NCBI GenBank assembly: GCA_904063045.1
Contig: CAJFCJ010000015.1
Coordinates: forward strand, 1,185,034 to 1,249,033
From: Dimorphilus gyrociliatus
Taxonomy: Eukaryota; Animalia; Annelida
Direction of reading: 5' to 3'
DNA: 64,000 nucleotides
Below the pieces are notes generated by a model. The model did not search any database. It worked only from the letters and a program-made list of their open reading frames with translations, and was not told where the DNA came from. The position numbers were made by a program, and so were the translations under genes. Below, piece by piece: positions 1 to 13,150 of the stretch; the first letter of the stretch is position 1; every line of letters starts with the position of its first letter.

Positions 1-321
1 GTCAACCGCAAAAGCGTCCAATCTTAAATTGGAAATTTGTTCGCAAAATTATTTGATGATGCAAAACAAAGAAGCAAAAGAACACAATTAAATCACAAGT
101 GCAGTTTTTTGTAAGCCTTTTCTTAATGAAGGCTTACTTATATTTGCAAAAAATGTTTCATCTTCCATATTTTCGTCTCTTAACGTTATATGATAAAAAA
201 AATTGTTGCATGCGTTCGCATTCACTCTGAATATTTGTTATTTTTTAAAAAAAAGAAAAAAATAGCATTTAACAAAAAAGAAATAGTAAAAAAAAGACCA
301 TTTTTTCAGTTTAAAAACAAT

Positions 322-1984
322 TTAAGCGCGTAGTCGTATTTCATAAAAAGAATCATAAAACTCCCCTTCGTTATCGCCACCCCCAAATATCAATAACTTA
401 ATATAAGGATCGGACTCGTAACAGCAACAGCTATGGCCAGTTAAAGCACATAAAGTCTTAGGAACATTTAGCTTTGTCCATTGCCATGAAGATAAATTTG
501 TATCGAGAATAAATGAGTCACTAAGTGCGATATCACCATTGTAACCACCATGAATGAAAACTTTGTTTGAGAATGAGCATGATGCATGCCAAGTTCTGGG
601 CTCTGGAGGGGGGCCTAAAATATCACGTTTAACCCATTCACCCACTCCCAAATCCAATATATGGACATCGTTAAAGCACTTCGGAGAATCCCAGCCACCA
701 AAGATTATTAGCCGATCATAGTTAATTAAATCAGCCGAATGACCCGACCTTGCAGCAGGAGGAGATCCCATAGTTACTGGCTTGTACCATAACTCTTCAA
801 GGGTATTAAAGACGAAGAGGCTATTACTACATTCATCCGGGTTTTCCTTGCTTTTCGGAGTAATACCGGCAAAAACCCATATTTCATATCTAAACATTGT
901 TGCGGAATGATAGCTAACTAATGGTGCGTCGCCGCTATACTTTACTTCCCGCCATTTCCATTGTATGGTATCGAGCACGTGGACGTCAGAAAACCATCTA
1001 GTATTCTTACTACCACCAATTAGATATAAGCATTTAGTTAACTCGTCGAATACAACAGCATGACCTGTTCTAGCCGGTGGGATCGTGTTGTCTTCATCTT
1101 CGATCGTTTGCCATTTATCAGTTTCTGTAGGTATTTTACAACAAAATAAACATTTATTTTTTATATCGCGAATACTTACGATGATTGTATGACCAAAACG
1201 AATCTTTTGAGAGTTTACTACCAAAACCCTGCCCCCCAAACATGACACATTCCTGATTATTTAAAGAAGTCATTCTTTGACCCCATCTATTCGAGGGCCA
1301 ATTTTGTTCATTTTTTACAAATTTTTTTACTATAATTTCTTCTGGCTCTACATTGTTTACTTCTTCCATTATATAGTCATGATTCTCTTTGATAATGTCA
1401 GAAATCTCTTTCTTTTGATTTTTGAGAGGCTTCGCTTTTTTTTCTATTGGAGTTAACCGTTTCGAAAGACTATTCTGTTTTGATCGATCGTTTGTTTTCT
1501 TAGCCTTGGGCTGTAATTTGCCGTATTAAATTAATCATAAAAAATAAAACCCCATTATTCAGTTAACTGACCGTTATATGAGAAGTATCATTAGGCGTTG
1601 TTTTCTTACGACCGCGTTTCGTTGGCGTACAATTTTCATTCTCATCCAAAAGCTTTTGACGCTTGTTGGGCGATTTTTCAATGGCGCGCCTTTTCTGAAC
1701 ATTCTTCTTAGGAGTTCCCGTTGGTTTTGTACGTTTCACCTCCGAAGCGTCTTCTATTTTTTTCTTTACAATTTTTCTCTTTGTTCTGCGAAGAGTAACC
1801 TTTGCTGGAGTTGGTTTCTTCTCAATCTTTTTAGCAGATCGTTTTTTGGCTGCCTGTCATGGTCCGCGACATAAACGTTAAATGACCCTGAAAAGTTGCT
1901 GCTATACACTCAAAAACTTACATCTGAAGGCTTTGCCTTCAGTTTAACTGCAGTGGCGGTTTTCTTACGCGTCGTTGGTGCCAT
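322..1984 (-). CDS. Kelch-repeat beta-propeller protein (RABEPK/KLHDC-like) with a long Lys/Arg-rich N-terminal extension; 4 exons (1984-1922, 1853-1572, 1510-1180, 1124-322), ~492 aa
   Basis: Repeated Kelch motifs: PSNRWGQ..FGG, PPARTGH..LIGG, PAARSGH..IFGG, PEPRTWH..IHGG, ALTGH..IFGG. Three GT-AG introns of 68, 61 and 55 bp join the ORFs in phase from MAPTTRKK. Confidence 0.85.
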
Positions 1985-2087
1985 AGCACTAATCCACTAA
2001 CAATATATGGTAATAATTAAGGAAAATCTAGGGATTTGAGAGGGAAATTTCAAACGTCTGCTGTAGACAACGGAAGATAAACTAAAA

Positions 2088-2119
2088 CGCCACCTGCTTC
2101 CGGAAATGAACGCCATCTA
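2088..2119 (-). promoter_or_regulatory. Two CTCF-like cores (CAGGTGGCG, TAGATGGCG) in the Kelch/SERINC bidirectional promoter
   Basis: Direct motif match in the 288-bp head-to-head gap; binding is inferred. Confidence 0.45.
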
Positions 2120-2272
2120 TAAACTATAAAACATATGATTGTTATTCTTCTACACAACCAAGTTTGATGTGGCTGTTAACGAAGCGTCTGCATCACAGAT
2201 TATACTATTAGAGATTTGGCAAACTACGATATTATTGATTAAAGATCGATCCATCTAATAAACAGTAAAAAA

Positions 2273-3921
2273 ATGAGTGAACCAAAATCAAAGAGAAACC
2301 TATTGGAAAACAATGAGAAGAAAGAAACTCCAAATTTGTGCCGGGATCTATTACTCTGTTCAATTGGACCCCGACCCTGTTTTATTCCTAGCTGCTTTTG
2401 CTTCCCAAAACTCAAGGAATCTTTGACAACGAGAATGAGTTATGCGATTTTTCTGGGGCTCATTGCAATTCTCGCGATATTGAGTCAGTTCAAGCCTGTG
2501 TATAAAAGTCTTGAATTTTTGGATAAGGTAGAGTCACAATGTGACTTTTATAATGTGTCTTCCTGTCCTGGAGAAATGCCGTATCCTTATTTATTGGCTT
2601 ACAGATATTGTTATTCACTTGTTGCTTTTCATCTACTTCTCCTTCCTTTAACGTTTTTGGCAGAAAACAGCCAAGGAAGATCAGGTTCCATTCATAATGG
2701 CTTTTGGCTTATAAAATTCTTAGCACTGATTGCTCTAATCTTTGGTTTGTTCCAAGTGCCTGTCAAAAAACTCATTTTAGAAATAGGTCTATATGTTGGT
2801 ATGTTTGGTGGATTGGTCTTTATCGTTTTCTGCCAACTGCTATCTATACTCTCTTTTGCTCATCGCCTTCGGAAGAAATGGCTCAAAAATAGTGAACGAA
2901 ATATTTGTTGGAAATTAGTCAGCCCTATAGTAGCCTTTCTTTGCGCAGCAGCAATTGCAGGAATCACTTATATTACTATTGCACTATATGCTATGAAAAT
3001 GGACTGCAAAGTAGGTACTTTAGAGATAAAGACAATTATTAGTTTAATCGTTGGTCTTTTACTTATTATAATAGGTAGGTGGTATACAATAAAGATTCCT
3101 TCGATATATTCTATACAGTATATATGTATATATTAATCTTCTTTTCAGTTCTACTAGTTGGTCTATCCGTTATATCCTGCGTGAAAAGAATGAACCCTAA
3201 TAATTCCTACCTTCAAGCACTTGTTGTGGGAGTTTACGTTATGTATCTAATTGCAACAAGCGTGACAAGTATACCTGTTGTATCCAGAGGGGAAAAGAAC
3301 GCCACTAATGTTTCAAATCTTTTATCAAATTTTGAATTACCAAAGGACTGTTCAATGCTTAAAAGCGCCGCGAGTGTTAATTTATCGTTTCTTGGCGATT
3401 TAAATAAAGTGATGAAGATAACAAACTACATTGGCATAGGTCTGATGACGGGGATGGCAATTTATTCCGCAATGATAACGCAATTGGATAAGGAAACCCC
3501 TAAAGCCATTCAACTAAGGAGAAAGGTACGCAAGTTTTGTTGCAAAACAGAATTGAAAGAAGAAACCATTCCCATTGACACACCGGAAACAGACAGAATC
3601 ATACGAAATGACTATCATACTACATCGTATAATTACTATATCTTACATTTCACATTTTCCTGCGCGGCGTTATACATTCTAATGAATCTAACAATGTGGT
3701 ATAAGCCAGTTATTGCGTCATATGATAACACATTCCAAAAGGCAAATATTATACATTTTGGTCGAAACTGGCCTGCAGTATTCGTTAAATTTGGATCGGC
3801 CATTATGTGCTTAATTCTATATTTAATAACTTTATTTGTTCCAAAAATTTTTGGATACGATTTTACCGTTTTGAAATTAAGAAAGAGCCATTCTCAGATT
3901 GAAGTTAGTACAATTGTATAA
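2273..3921 (+). CDS. Serine incorporator (SERINC/TMS1)-family multipass membrane protein; 2 exons (2273-3074, 3149-3921), ~524 aa
   Basis: Family-typical motifs: Cys-rich N-terminus, IHNGFWLIKF, YNYYILHFTFSCAALYILMNLTMW, WPAVFVKFGSAIMCLILY. A 74-bp GT-AG intron joins the two ORFs in frame. Confidence 0.9.
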
Positions 3922-4928
3922 AGTCAATATATTTATTTCTCACTATATAATTAAAGTGTGTATTTTGTCCTATCTATCCTTTGCTTTTCTCTAAATATGC
4001 TCTTTATATCAATAAAGAAAAGTGCTCTTTATAAAGATGAGTATTCTGTTTATAGACCATTTATGCAAGCCCTAACCTTACATATTACGTGCGAAATTAT
4101 GTATATTGTATTTGATACGAAAAGTTTGTTTATGTCAATTTTTGCAGTTTTACATTTTTTTATTATTTGAATATATTTCAACTATTTAACGGAATTATAG
4201 TCCAAAACAAAAAGGATAAAACGATCTGTATTACTAAGCATTTCTGAATAATTTATCTACAATGCGACTAGGAAACTTGTTGAAATATTACAAACAATTT
4301 GGTATCTTTATTTATATTACAGTTAAATATACAGCAACAGCTCTGGAATACAGATTTTTTTCTCTTGCAAACGATAAAAAAAGAGAAATATAAATTATAT
4401 TCAAAACTGTTATAAATTCTGTTTCGAATGGTAGAGTAGTTGGTTTGTTAGTTTTCAATATAAATTAAATATTGAATGATTAACAATGGATTTTGTTAGG
4501 AGATGTGACATTTTAAAAGTATGAACCATTTATATGTGGGGAAAAAAAACTACTAGATATTTCATAAATATGCAGATTAGATGTTGGAATATATAAGTTA
4601 AAATGATAAGCTGATTGATAATTGAATGTGCTATATATACATATAGTTTCTCCAAGTGTTGCCTTCTGTTTGCCCTGATTGATACCTGAATAAATTACAT
4701 TAGTGAATAATTCTTATTATGGGCATTGCTGATGTTGCAGCTAGATATATTTTAGCGTGAGAAACTATTCTGCAATATTAGAAGCTTTTGTTACCGGAAT
4801 ATTCTGTTTTTATGTTATAGGCGTTGTTCTATTTATTCATTTGAAAAACTACGAGTCATTATCATTTCAAAGATCAAAGATAAATTTTTTATTCATTGAA
4901 TATTTGGGTTTAACTTAACTTAAGCTGT

Positions 4929-5748
4929 CTACATACTGAGTCCGCCATTAACGTCTATACTCACTCCAGTCATATAACTAGACATATGGGACGAAAGGAA
5001 GAGTGCAACATTTGCAATTTCTTCTGGCTGACCCAATCGTTTCAAAGGTGTCATGGCAGTGAATATTTGCTTATTCTGTTCTGGAACAACATCAGTCATT
5101 GGAGTTTCTATAAATCCAGGCAAGATTGCGTTTACTCTTAAACCAAATCTTGCGAATTCTTGAGCAGCAGAGCGAGTAAATCCCTGAACTCCAGCTTTGG
5201 AAGCTGAATAGTTACACTGCCCTATATTTCCCATTTTACCGGCTAAGCTTGCTAAATTGACGATCGCGCCATCTTTTAGTTTGTTTGCTACAAAAAGTTT
5301 ACCGAAAACTTGTGTAGTAAGAATCGTTCCTTTTAGATTAACATTTAATACGGCGTCTAATTGTTCTTCATTCATTTTTAGCAATGTTACATCTCTAGTA
5401 ATTCCTGCCGAATTTATGAGGATTGTGGGAGCTCTACCAAATTTTTCAAATATTTTTTTGAATAGGTCATTAACTTGGTCGCTCTTTGAAATATCAGCTT
5501 GAAATGCTCCATGTTCACCTCCACCCAATTTCGAGATATGCTCCTTTGCAGCTGACTCGTTGACATCGACAGCAGCAATTGACGCGCCCTGCTTTGCGAA
5601 TATTTGTCCAACGGCCCATCCAATTCCACTACCCGCACCTATTGTTTGTTATGCAATATTATGTAAAATTCTTAAATTGAATTATCCTTGCACAATGAAA
5701 TCTACCTGTTACTACTGCTAAGCGACTACTTAAAAGTTGTGCACTCAT
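4929..5748 (-). CDS. HSD17B8: Short-chain dehydrogenase/reductase, 3-oxoacyl-ACP reductase / 17-beta-HSD8-like; 2 exons (5748-5706, 5638-4929), ~250 aa
   Basis: VVTGAGSGIG Rossmann motif across a 67-bp intron, NSAGITRD, catalytic YSASK (GQCNYSASKAGV), PGFIETPMT and PLKRLGQPEEIA. Confidence 0.88.
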
Positions 5749-5868
5749 TTTTACAACTGTCTTTTGCCGAATGACACAGAGTCCAAGTCCAAAAATTACA
5801 GTTAGCTTTCAGTATACAGTCTATGATATCCAATTTATGGACATTGAAAGTTACTATAGCATTATTTA

Positions 5869-5878
5869 GGCGCCAAAA
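5869..5878 (-). promoter_or_regulatory. E2F-like site (TTTTGGCGCC) in the HSD17B8/OGG1 bidirectional promoter
   Basis: Matches the E2F TTTSSCGC-type consensus, about 50 bp upstream of the OGG1 ATG. Confidence 0.4.
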
Positions 5879-5926
5879 TTTTGTGCTAAATTATTGATAA
5901 ATCTCTTTTCTTAAGTAATCTTCAAA

Positions 5927-7010
5927 ATGGTTATAAGCTCAATATTAACCTGCTCGATAAACGAACTTAATCTAAGATACTCTCTTACCAATGGCCAAGC
6001 ATTTAGGTAAAAACAATTCAAGAGCATCTTTTATCGCTCAATACTTTTAACTAAAGGGTAAACATTTTGAATACGTTCTCATCAGATGGAGATCCAATCC
6101 AGAAAAAAGTAAATGGACTGGAGTTATTGGAAAGCTTGTGTTTAGTCTACAACAAGATGATATTGGAAATCTTTTATATACAGTTCATAATCCTGATAAT
6201 TTAGATATTAAAGATTCGGATCAAATTTTGGAAGATTATTTTCAATTGAAAACTAGCCTTACTGAATTGTATAAAGAATGGTCTGAAATGGACGAAGTTA
6301 TAGCAAAAGTTATTCCGAAATATCCCGGTGTGAGAACTCTTAGGATTGACCCTGTTGAAAATTTGTTCACCTTTATTTGTTCATCTAATAATAACATTGG
6401 AAGAATTACCCAAATGGTTAATAACCTTTGTATTAAGTTTGGTTCCAAGCTTACTACTGTAGACGATGTAGATTATTTCTCTTTCCCTGAAATAGAGATC
6501 TTGTCTGGTAAAAATGTGGCCAATACATTAAGAGAATTGAACTTTGGTTATAGGGCGAAGTACATTCAAAAGGCTGCCGAAGTTTTACTAAAGGAGGGAG
6601 GAAGCGATTGGCTTTTTGGGTTAAGAAAACAGGAATATAGCGAGGCAAAGTCAAAGCTACTAAAGATTCCCGGAGTTGGCCCAAAAGTTTCAGATTGTAT
6701 TTGCCTGATGTCATTGGATAAAACGGAGTCATTGCCAGTTGATACTCATGTATTTCAGCTAGTTTCGAAGTATTACATTCCCAAACTAAGAAATAAGAAA
6801 GTGAATATAAATGTTGGTTTGTATAAAGAGATAGGCGATCATATGAGGAAAACTTGGGGAAAGCATGCCGGTTGGGCTCAAACAGTTATGTTTACTTCAG
6901 ATTTGAAGAATTTTCAAACAGCAGAAGAATCAGATGGGAAAAAAGTCACAAAAGAAGATAAAACTGAAGAAGAGGATGAGCCAAAAATCAAAAAACAAAA
7001 AAGGTCATGA
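5927..7010 (+). CDS. OGG1: 8-oxoguanine DNA glycosylase/AP lyase; 2 exons (5927-6006, 6086-7010), ~334 aa
   Basis: NGQAFRW rebuilt across a 79-bp intron; DPVENLFTFICSSNNNIGRI, FGYRAKYI, HhH motif IPGVGPKVSDCICL with catalytic Lys, PVDTHV with catalytic Asp, WGKHAGWAQ. Confidence 0.95.
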
Positions 7011-7380
7011 AGTATTTTTTTTACAAGATAATACTAGTAAAACTACATGCTTTTGTATCAAGTGATTTTATTGTAATACATATTTTTGTATTATATTGTA
7101 AAAATTAGTGGCTTAATGTGTTAAAACATGAAACGAGAAAAAGAACCGCACAAAAAAGCTAATTTTCAAATTTTTAGATGTTCCCAACACTTTTTATGAA
7201 CAATGTATGCTGTGCGTAGTAACTACTGGGAAGTGTTTTCATAATTGACTTTCATGTCAAAGAGTAATTATTGAATTAACAATGTTGATCTACCTTGAGA
7301 GATCATAATTAGCTTTTCAAAATAAAGCAAGTGATTTACTATTCACATCAGTTTCATACTTGAGCGCCAATTTAATTAAA

Positions 7381-7390
7381 GCGCATGCGC
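7381..7390. promoter_or_regulatory. NRF1/ewg-type palindrome GCGCATGCGC upstream of ATP6V1A
   Basis: Perfect consensus 35 bp before the ATG; a similar CGCATGCGCG lies at 10507 before the orphan gene. Confidence 0.55.
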
Positions 7391-7424
7391 GGGCAATACA
7401 GAGTCACATGATTCACAAATCAAA

Positions 7425-9907
7425 ATGGTAGGTTTTGTAAAAATTAATGTTTTTTCTTGATTTCTGTAAGAAATTAAAGAACATTTAACAAAAACACATT
7501 TTAATGAGTTTGGATTATATTGTCAACTGATTGCTGATTCTGAAATCGTAGACGAATAATCACTTACTCGATTTCTTGTAGAGATGGTCACGAGTAGGGC
7601 ACATCATATGACAAGACGGATAATCAGTTGAAGAATAGTTAAATTTTATGTTTCTTACAGCTTCCTAAAGTGAAAGATGCAACTAAAGAAAGCGAATATG
7701 GTTACGTCTACGGCGTATCCGGTCCTGGTAAGTATCCTATAAATTATGCTTTTACTCGTCAAAATTTAGAATGTTTTTTTTGATGTCTTACACAGTTGTT
7801 ACTGCATCCAGAATGGCTGGTGCCGCTATGTACGAGCTGGTTAGAGTAGGCTATAATGAATTAGTCGCGGAAATCATCCGTTTAGAGGGTGATATGGCAA
7901 CGTTACAAGTATACGAGGAAACATGTATGTAGCAAAAAATCGATTATTCTTCATTGTTCAACGAAGAATGTAGTTTGTCGTGTATTTCTTTTATTAAAAA
8001 AAAAACATATACATACAGCTGGGGTAACGGTTGGTGATCCTGTTTTACGAACTGGAAAGCCATTATCTGTTGAATTGGGTCCTGGTATTTTAGGAAGTAT
8101 CTTTGACGGAATCCAAAGACCTCTACGAGCTATCAATGAATTGACACAAAGCATTTATCTCCCAAAAGGTGTAAATATGCCTGCTTTGGATAGAAACTTA
8201 AAATGGGATTTCATTCCAAATAAATCGATTAAAGTAATTATTGTTTAATTTATACTATATAAGTACTTAAATAAACCTACAATTGAATAGGTTGGAAGTC
8301 ATATGACTGGAGGAGATGAATATGGCTTAGTTTATGAAAATACATTGGTTACCCATAAAATTCTATTGCCTCCAAAAGCCAGAGGTACTGTCACATATGT
8401 AGCTGAAGAAGGAAGTTATGATGTCAATGTAAGTAACTATTTTCTTTCAGGATAAAGTTTATATATGTATATTTCATACACTTTCATTTAAAGGACGTTC
8501 TATTGGAAACTGAATTTGATGGTGAAAAGAACAAGTACAGCATGTTACAAATATGGCCTGTAAGACAAAGGAGACCTGTAACTGAAAAGTTGGCTGCTAA
8601 TCATCCACTTTTAACTGGTCAACGTGTTTTGGACTCTCTCTTTCCGTAAATATTAATAATAAATCATATTAGGCTTTTAATCAAATTTTCCCCTTCAATA
8701 TAGTTGTGTTCAAGGAGGTACAACAGCCATTCCAGGAGCTTTTGGTTGTGGAAAAACTGTTATTTCCCAATCCCTTTCTAAATATTCCAACAGCGACGTT
8801 ATTGTGTATGTTGGTTGTGGAGAACGTGGTAACGAAATGTCTGAAGTACTTCGAGATTTCCCTGAATTAACCATCGAGCTAAACGGAAAAACTGAATCCA
8901 TTATGAAACGAACAGCCCTTGTTGCAAACACATCAAACATGCCTGTAGCTGCCAGAGAGGCTTCTATCTATACCGGTATCACTTTGGCCGAATACTTTAG
9001 AGATCAGGGCAAAAACGTTTCCCTTATGGCTGATTCTACGTCACGTTGGGCCGAAGCTCTTCGTGAAATTTCTGGTCGTTTAGCTGAAATGCCTGCCGAT
9101 TCTGGCTATCCTGCTTATCTTTCATCCAAGTTAGCTTCTTTCTACGAGAGGGCAGGCCGTGTAAAATGCCTTGGAAATCCTACCAGAGAGGGTAGCGTGT
9201 CTATCGTTGGAGCCGTATCACCTCCTGGTGGTGATTTTGCTGATCCTGTAACATCAGCTACCTTGGGCATTGTTCAAGTATTTTGGGGTTTAGATAAGAA
9301 ACTAGCTCAGAGAAAGCATTTCCCAGCCATTAATTGGCTAATCAGTTTTAGCAAGTATACAAGAGCACTAGACGACTTCTACGAAAAGAATTACCCTGAA
9401 TTTGTCGCTTTAAGAGCAAAAACTAAAGAAATTCTCCAAGAGGAGGAAGATTTATCCGAAATTGTACAACTAGTTGGTAAAGCCTCCTTGGCTGAAACAG
9501 ACAAAGTTACACTCGAAGTTTCCAAATTGATCAAAGATGATTTCTTACAGCAGAACAGTTATACGCCATATGATAGGATGTGCCCCTTTTACAAGACAGT
9601 TGGAATGTTGAAATTACTTATTGGTTTCTACGATCTCTCTAAACACGCTGTAGAATCAACCGCTCAATCGGATAATAAGATAACTTGGGCGAATATCAGA
9701 GAAAATATGTCAGATTTAATGTACAGAATTGGAACTGTCAAATTTAAGGTGAAAGAGATTTTTTCATTCTTCAAGTTTATTATATTATATTTTTATTGTT
9801 TCTCTTTTCAATAGAATCCAACAACTGAAGGAGAAGCGAAAATTAAAGCAGATATTGACGAATTGTATGAGGAAATGCAAGCGTCCTTCAGAAATCTAGA
9901 AGATTAG
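7425..9907 (+). CDS. ATP6V1A: V-type proton ATPase catalytic subunit A; 8 exons (7425-7427, 7661-7727, 7796-7924, 8019-8233, 8291-8428, 8494-8645, 8704-9748, 9815-9907), ~613 aa
   Basis: GVSGPVV, P-loop [35 protein letters not shown] and C-terminal FRNLED. All seven introns are GT-AG with consistent phases. Confidence 0.97.
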
Positions 9908-10824
9908 AAATAAAGAAGTAATATCATGAATCATTAATTACTTAATATTTTGCATATTAATTAGACGTGCGTTATCACTGTGATGAAGTTAGGCCTAGTC
10001 AGAGCCGTAGTGTATAATTAAATGTGTAATCATTCCGGAAAACGTCATATAATATAATCCCTCCTACTAAACGTTCTAAGGTATTCATGTACTGATTGTT
10101 GTTCAAGAATAGCAATAAAGCATAAATATATGAAAAAAAAACAAAACGGTTATACACTTGGAACACACTGAACTCAGCTGGCAATTTTTTGGCCTGAATA
10201 GGACTAGCTAATTTTTTTTAAAGCGTATACAAAAAATGACACAGAAAAAGGCCTTTAAACCTTTTAAGTTTGCCTCTGTATCTATTGTCATATGCTTAGT
10301 GCATCTTTGAACTAGGAGTTATATGCAGAGTTATATTGATTATATTTTGCGATACAATCTTTTATCTAAAATTTGCCCGTTGTATTTTCATTCCTATTGT
10401 TGAAATTTAACAATATTATCAATGGTTTTGAGTGAAAAACTTAATGCTATTAATGTAGTTTTACTCATTTGAATGCTTACTTTACAAGCAAAGTAAGAAA
10501 GTGGTACGCATGCGCGATGTTTACAGGGCGTCACCCTCTCCCTCTATTTATTCTTTTCATATCTTTCATTAAACGAGAAAGCCTCTCTCTTTTTAAAAGT
10601 CTACGTGTAAGCCACTCTTGGCCAGTTATTTCAACATCTGCTTACATATTTGTAGCTCAGTGTTTCATCAAATAAAAAATCACTATTAACGAAGACTCAT
10701 ATTCTCAGGTTCTTATCAGATTATTAGAGTTGATTATGATGTTTGTCTAATATATCATCAACTTTCACAGACTTTTCGCCATCTGGAATAAGACTAGAGA
10801 ATCAAAATCAACTAATTTACTAAA

Positions 10825-11453
10825 ATGGATGTTAGAAAGCAGTTTATATTTATGCAAAGAAAATTTCACCAAATAACTCAAGAAAATTTACAATTAAAAG
10901 CTCGTATTGCTGACCTGGAACGTATAATAGATCCTAAGGTTTTGGATGCCTTCGACAGACAGAAAATGAAAGTAAGTTATTAAAATTCTTTCGTTAAATC
11001 AACTAAATTACATCCCATAACACATTCCAAGTTAATATAAATGATTTTATAAACAAACCTTCAAAATAAATAAAAAACTGTCTCCTCTTCCTTAATAAAA
11101 ATAAATTAGGATGCTATTGGAACAACGTCAAAAGAAGAACCATCTGTAGGAAGGAAATTGGAAGGTTTATTACTCGATACCGAAATACCTTTAGAAGGTA
11201 TGTAGAACGTATTGATTAAAAAGCATAAAAAAACTCTTTATTTAAGTTCAAAGATATTAGATACAGCGTGTTAATAATATCAATTCCATAGCAGACATAT
11301 TTTTATAATGTTTTTGTATCTTATTTATATTTATATTCAGCCGAAAATAGGCAAGTAGATGATTTTGGAATGGAAGCTTTTACTCCGGAAAGCGACAATA
11401 AATTTGAAAAAGGTATAAATAACAATTCAAATTTTGGACTCCAAAATACTTAA
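10825..11453 (+). CDS. Small orphan coiled-coil protein, 3 exons (10825-10971, 11110-11197, 11341-11453), ~115 aa; missing from the ORF track
   Basis: ATG followed by heptad-like RKFHQITQENLQLKARIADLERI. Strong donors (AAA|GTAAGT, AAG|GTATGT) and acceptors (attag, ttcag) with matching phases. No family recognised; the 3' end could splice further. Confidence 0.6.
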
Positions 11454-12061
11454 AACATGCTAAAAATGTTATTATGCATATCGAAGTCATTGTTCTTCAC
11501 ATTAAATATATATATATAAATTTATACAGTATATATATGATTCATAAGTAAAGATTTTCTCTTCTTAAGGTATAGGCAAATAATGATAAAAGTCTCAAAA
11601 TTACAGAATATTCTTTTATATTTATTAGCAAAACGACAAAAATAAACAAATTCCTCTTCTAAAAATATTTAAATAAGTAGAATAAAAAGTAAAATATTCA
11701 AATATTATAAAAGAATATAAAGAATATTCAAGTTAATTTTATCGTTTTATATAAATATTTTTCTATCTATTTTTATAATCAATCTAATTCTATTATATTA
11801 ACGAATGGATGCTGTTAATCGATTATATAAAAAATGTTGAGAATCCGTAAGGATAGTTAAAAATAGATAAATACAGATTTCTGTTGAAGTGCTAATTCAC
11901 CTTAATATAGCGGTGAAATTGAAAGTCTCAATCGGAGACTTTTTATATCTACTATTTATTTTATCATTGATTATATTTGCTCAAGTTTATAGATGAGTAT
12001 CCAAGTGCTGTACATAAGAATTAGAATTTAAAGCTGGTGATTTTTTTTTAAATTCGAAAAA

Positions 12062-12640
12062 ATGCCCATAATATATCAAAACACTACTAGACATTTAGTA
12101 AAGCTAACATCTACTGAAAGTAGCGTTTTGTCGTTTGAAACTGAAGAAGATAGTACTGTAAAGATTGTTGTTGCCCTAATTATTAGCTATGGTATTCTTA
12201 TGATGTCAATATTGTGTTATGCATTTGTTTGTAAGTCTAGACTTGAGTTTGCCGGTAGAGGTCATGATCATCACACGGAAAATCCGTATTATGAATTTCC
12301 CAGATACGAATGGTTGACAGACTACTTTATAAATAAATTATATCCGAAAGACGGAAATACCGAAGATGAAAACGGTACAGGGGTAAAAAAGAAATCACTG
12401 TTTGGTAAGGCACTTAGTAAGGTTAAGTTAAAAGGACAAGGAAAACGGCCAGAGGTAACTATCCTAAACCCAATAGACGAAGAAGAAGAAGTTGTTTATG
12501 CAAAGAGGTTTGCATATATTTGTTTTCTTAACAAATAAAAGTTTGAATTCATTACTTTTTTTTTCTGTCAGAGAAAATAAAACATCCGAAAAATCACCCA
12601 TAGATATCAAAATTTTAAAAAATAACAGAGAAAATGAATA
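12062..12640 (+). CDS. Orphan single-pass membrane protein with an NPxY motif; 2 exons (intron about 12509-12570)
   Basis: 158-aa ORF with one hydrophobic helix (IVVALIISYGILMMSILCYAFVC), then ENPYY and basic/acidic tracts. AG|GTTTGC donor and tttctgtcag acceptor lead to a short last exon. Confidence 0.6.
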
Positions 12641-13150
12641 GCCATCATTAACACCAAAAATAAGATTTAACCTATTAAGGAAACATTTGATTTTCTTGTT
12701 TTTCTTTTTTTTTTCTTTTTAAAAAAACAATACTAAACTAAAATTTTTGTCTAAATCTATAAAATAAATTACATATCAATTCTATTCCTTTTCAAATAGT
12801 AGTATAAAATATTCGTATTTCTAAAATATACCTCTTTTGCAGTTTAGGCCGATAGCCCCGTCTCAATTTTTTCATTTAACCTTCAACCATAATTAATTTG
12901 TGTCAATTCTTACAAAAAAAAAAGAACAAGAACAAGAAATTAGAGTAAAAGAATATTTATATCTAATATAATAGAATGGTATTTGCTCAAAAAGTCTTCA
13001 ACACCTCAATTGCAATTTTATGGATAGAAATTAGAGATAAAAAGAAGTATCTACTTGAAAAAATACAGATCAAAAACACCTCTTATCTATTAATTATTAG
13101 TTTAATGAAAAGAAATCATTTTCATAACTGTAGAGGATCCATTTAGCCTT

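Noticed and set aside
2273-3921. Overlapping ORFs in different frames (also at 1154-1248, 21944-21947, 33822-33835 and others) as frameshifts or pseudogenes
   Set aside because: Each shift is explained by a short canonical GT-AG intron of matching phase.
7728-7740. GTAAGTATCCT as a U12-type donor
   Set aside because: The RTATCCT match is offset from the splice site; the phase-consistent donor is ordinary GTAAGT.
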